A stretch of 64,000 bases of DNA, taken from contig CALRFD010000003.1 of assembly GCA_943356485.1 (NCBI GenBank), positions 7,702-71,701 on the forward strand. The letters run 5' to 3'. This DNA comes from Patescibacteria group bacterium (lineage in GTDB: Bacteria > Patescibacteriota > Microgenomatia > Daviesbacterales > UBA10151). Position numbers and translations under genes: made by a program. The notes below the pieces were generated by a model that saw only the letters and a program-made list of their open reading frames with translations, had not been told where the DNA came from and did no database searches. Below are positions 62,895 to 64,000 of this stretch, piece by piece; within the stretch, counting starts at the first letter, position 1; every line of letters starts with the position of its first letter.

Positions 62895-64000
62895 GAGCAA
62901 TATTACATATAGACTTTAATTCATACTTTGCCAGTGTTGAACAGCAGGCTAATCCTCGTTTACGGGGTAAACCGATTGGAGTAACAGGCGGTGACAGAAT
63001 AAAAAGAACTGTTATCGGTGCAGCTTCAATTGAGGCTAAAAGGTTTGGAGTTAAAACAGGGATGGCGATTTGGCAGGCAAAAAAACTTTGTCCGCAAATA
63101 ATACTTGTGAAAGGTGATAGCGATAAATATTTAGAGACCACCAAAAAGTTTTTATCAATTGTAAAAAGCTTTAGCCCGATTGTTGAGGTATTTTCGATTG
63201 ATGAAGTTTTTTTACAACTTCCTTTTGTCATTCCGAGGGAGCGAAGCGACCGTAGGAATCCTGATTCTAATCTAGATTGCCACGCTCCTTCGGAGCTCGC
63301 AATGACGTTAAAAATTGCTCAGGAGATCAAATCCCGTGTCCGTTCTGAACTTGGTGAATATATTAAATGTTCTATTGGTATTTCCTACAATAAATTAATG
63401 GCAAAGCTGGCCGGATCTTTGCAAAAGCCGGACGGGTTAGTGGTTATTGCAGATCAGGAGGAAGCTATAAAAGTACTGGATAAAATAGAGCTGGATGAGA
63501 TCTGTGGGATAGGTCGTGCGATCAAGAAAAGGTTAAATAATATGGGGGTGTTTAATTTTAAAGATTTGCGGAAAACTCCTCTGGAGGCACTGCTGGCTTC
63601 TTTTAAATCTTACGGCAAAACTCTTTATGATATGGCAAGAGGAATAGACGAACGACCGATTTTACCTTTTTTTGAAAAACCAGAGGTAAAATCAATTGGC
63701 CACAGACATACGATTGACTACGATACTTCTGATCCAACTGAAATAAAACAAATTTTACTTAAATTAACAGAGTTAATTGCCAGAAAGTTAAGAGCTAAAA
63801 AATTAGTTGGCAAAACAATTTCTTGCTGGTTTCGTCGAGTTCGAGGTGCGACCTCAACGAAGGTCGCACCTGAACAGATGGGAATGCAGGTTACGATTTT
63901 CCCGACCCAAGATGGGTTGGAAATTTTTAAATCTGCATGGAAAGTTTTCAATTATTTATGGGATGGAGAAAGAATAAGGATGGTTGGCGTTTCTATTTCT
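62891..64000 (+). CDS. dinB: DNA polymerase IV (Y family), runs off the window; absent from the ORF track
   Basis: Manual translation from GTG: ILHIDFNSYFASVE, AASIEAKRFGVKTGM, FSIDEVF, SIGISYNKLMAKLA, KPDG, CGIG. Confidence 0.95.
   Translation, partial: MRAILHIDFNSYFASVEQQANPRLRGKPIGVTGGDRIKRTVIGAASIEAKRFGVKTGMAIWQAKKLCPQIILVKGDSDKYLETTKKFLSIVKSFSPIVEVFSIDEVFLQLPFVIPRERSDRRNPDSNLDCHAPSELAMTLKIAQEIKSRVRSELGEYIKCSIGISYNKLMAKLAGSLQKPDGLVVIADQEEAIKVLDKIELDEICGIGRAIKKRLNNMGVFNFKDLRKTPLEALLASFKSYGKTLYDMARGIDERPILPFFEKPEVKSIGHRHTIDYDTSDPTEIKQILLKLTELIARKLRAKKLVGKTISCWFRRVRGATSTKVAPEQMGMQVTIFPTQDGLEIFKSAWKVFNYLWDGERIRMVGVSIS
63227..63306. repeat. RPE-like palindromic element in frame within dinB
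   Basis: GTCATTCCGAGGGAGCGAAGCGAC...GATTGCCACGCTCCTTCGGAGCTCGCAATGAC. Confidence 0.85.
63844..63871. repeat. Second in-frame palindrome in dinB
   Basis: AGGTGCGACCT-CAACGA-AGGTCGCACCT, perfect 11-bp stem. Confidence 0.7.

Overview
AT-rich bacterial chromosome segment, most likely from a Patescibacteria/CPR (Microgenomates-like) genome. That assignment is inferred from gene content, near-leaderless TG-n-TATAAT promoters, short palindromic repeats and many orphan genes. Core genes: uvrA, uvrC, secG, typA, purD, ROK kinase/gnd/zwf/SIS, a MacAB-like exporter, gmk, dus and dinB. RNA features: three tRNAs (Lys-CTT, Arg-TCG, His-GTG) and an FMN riboswitch on an EamA transporter. Two RAYT (HUH) transposases each sit between their own inverted REP-like repeats, and one repeat family also brackets a 7-kb vWA/MoxR module as a direct repeat. 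The most unusual region is 55.4-59.1 kb, just beyond the 3' end of tRNA-His: five bulged-hairpin repeats separate one- or two-gene cassettes. Two of these cassettes carry unrelated nuclease-fold genes (NYN and DUF3800). They share near-identical flanks, and each has a convergent promoter, small RNA and terminator, suggesting interchangeable nuclease/RNA modules in an integron-like array. All calls come from reading the sequence by eye; no database searches or folding programs were run.
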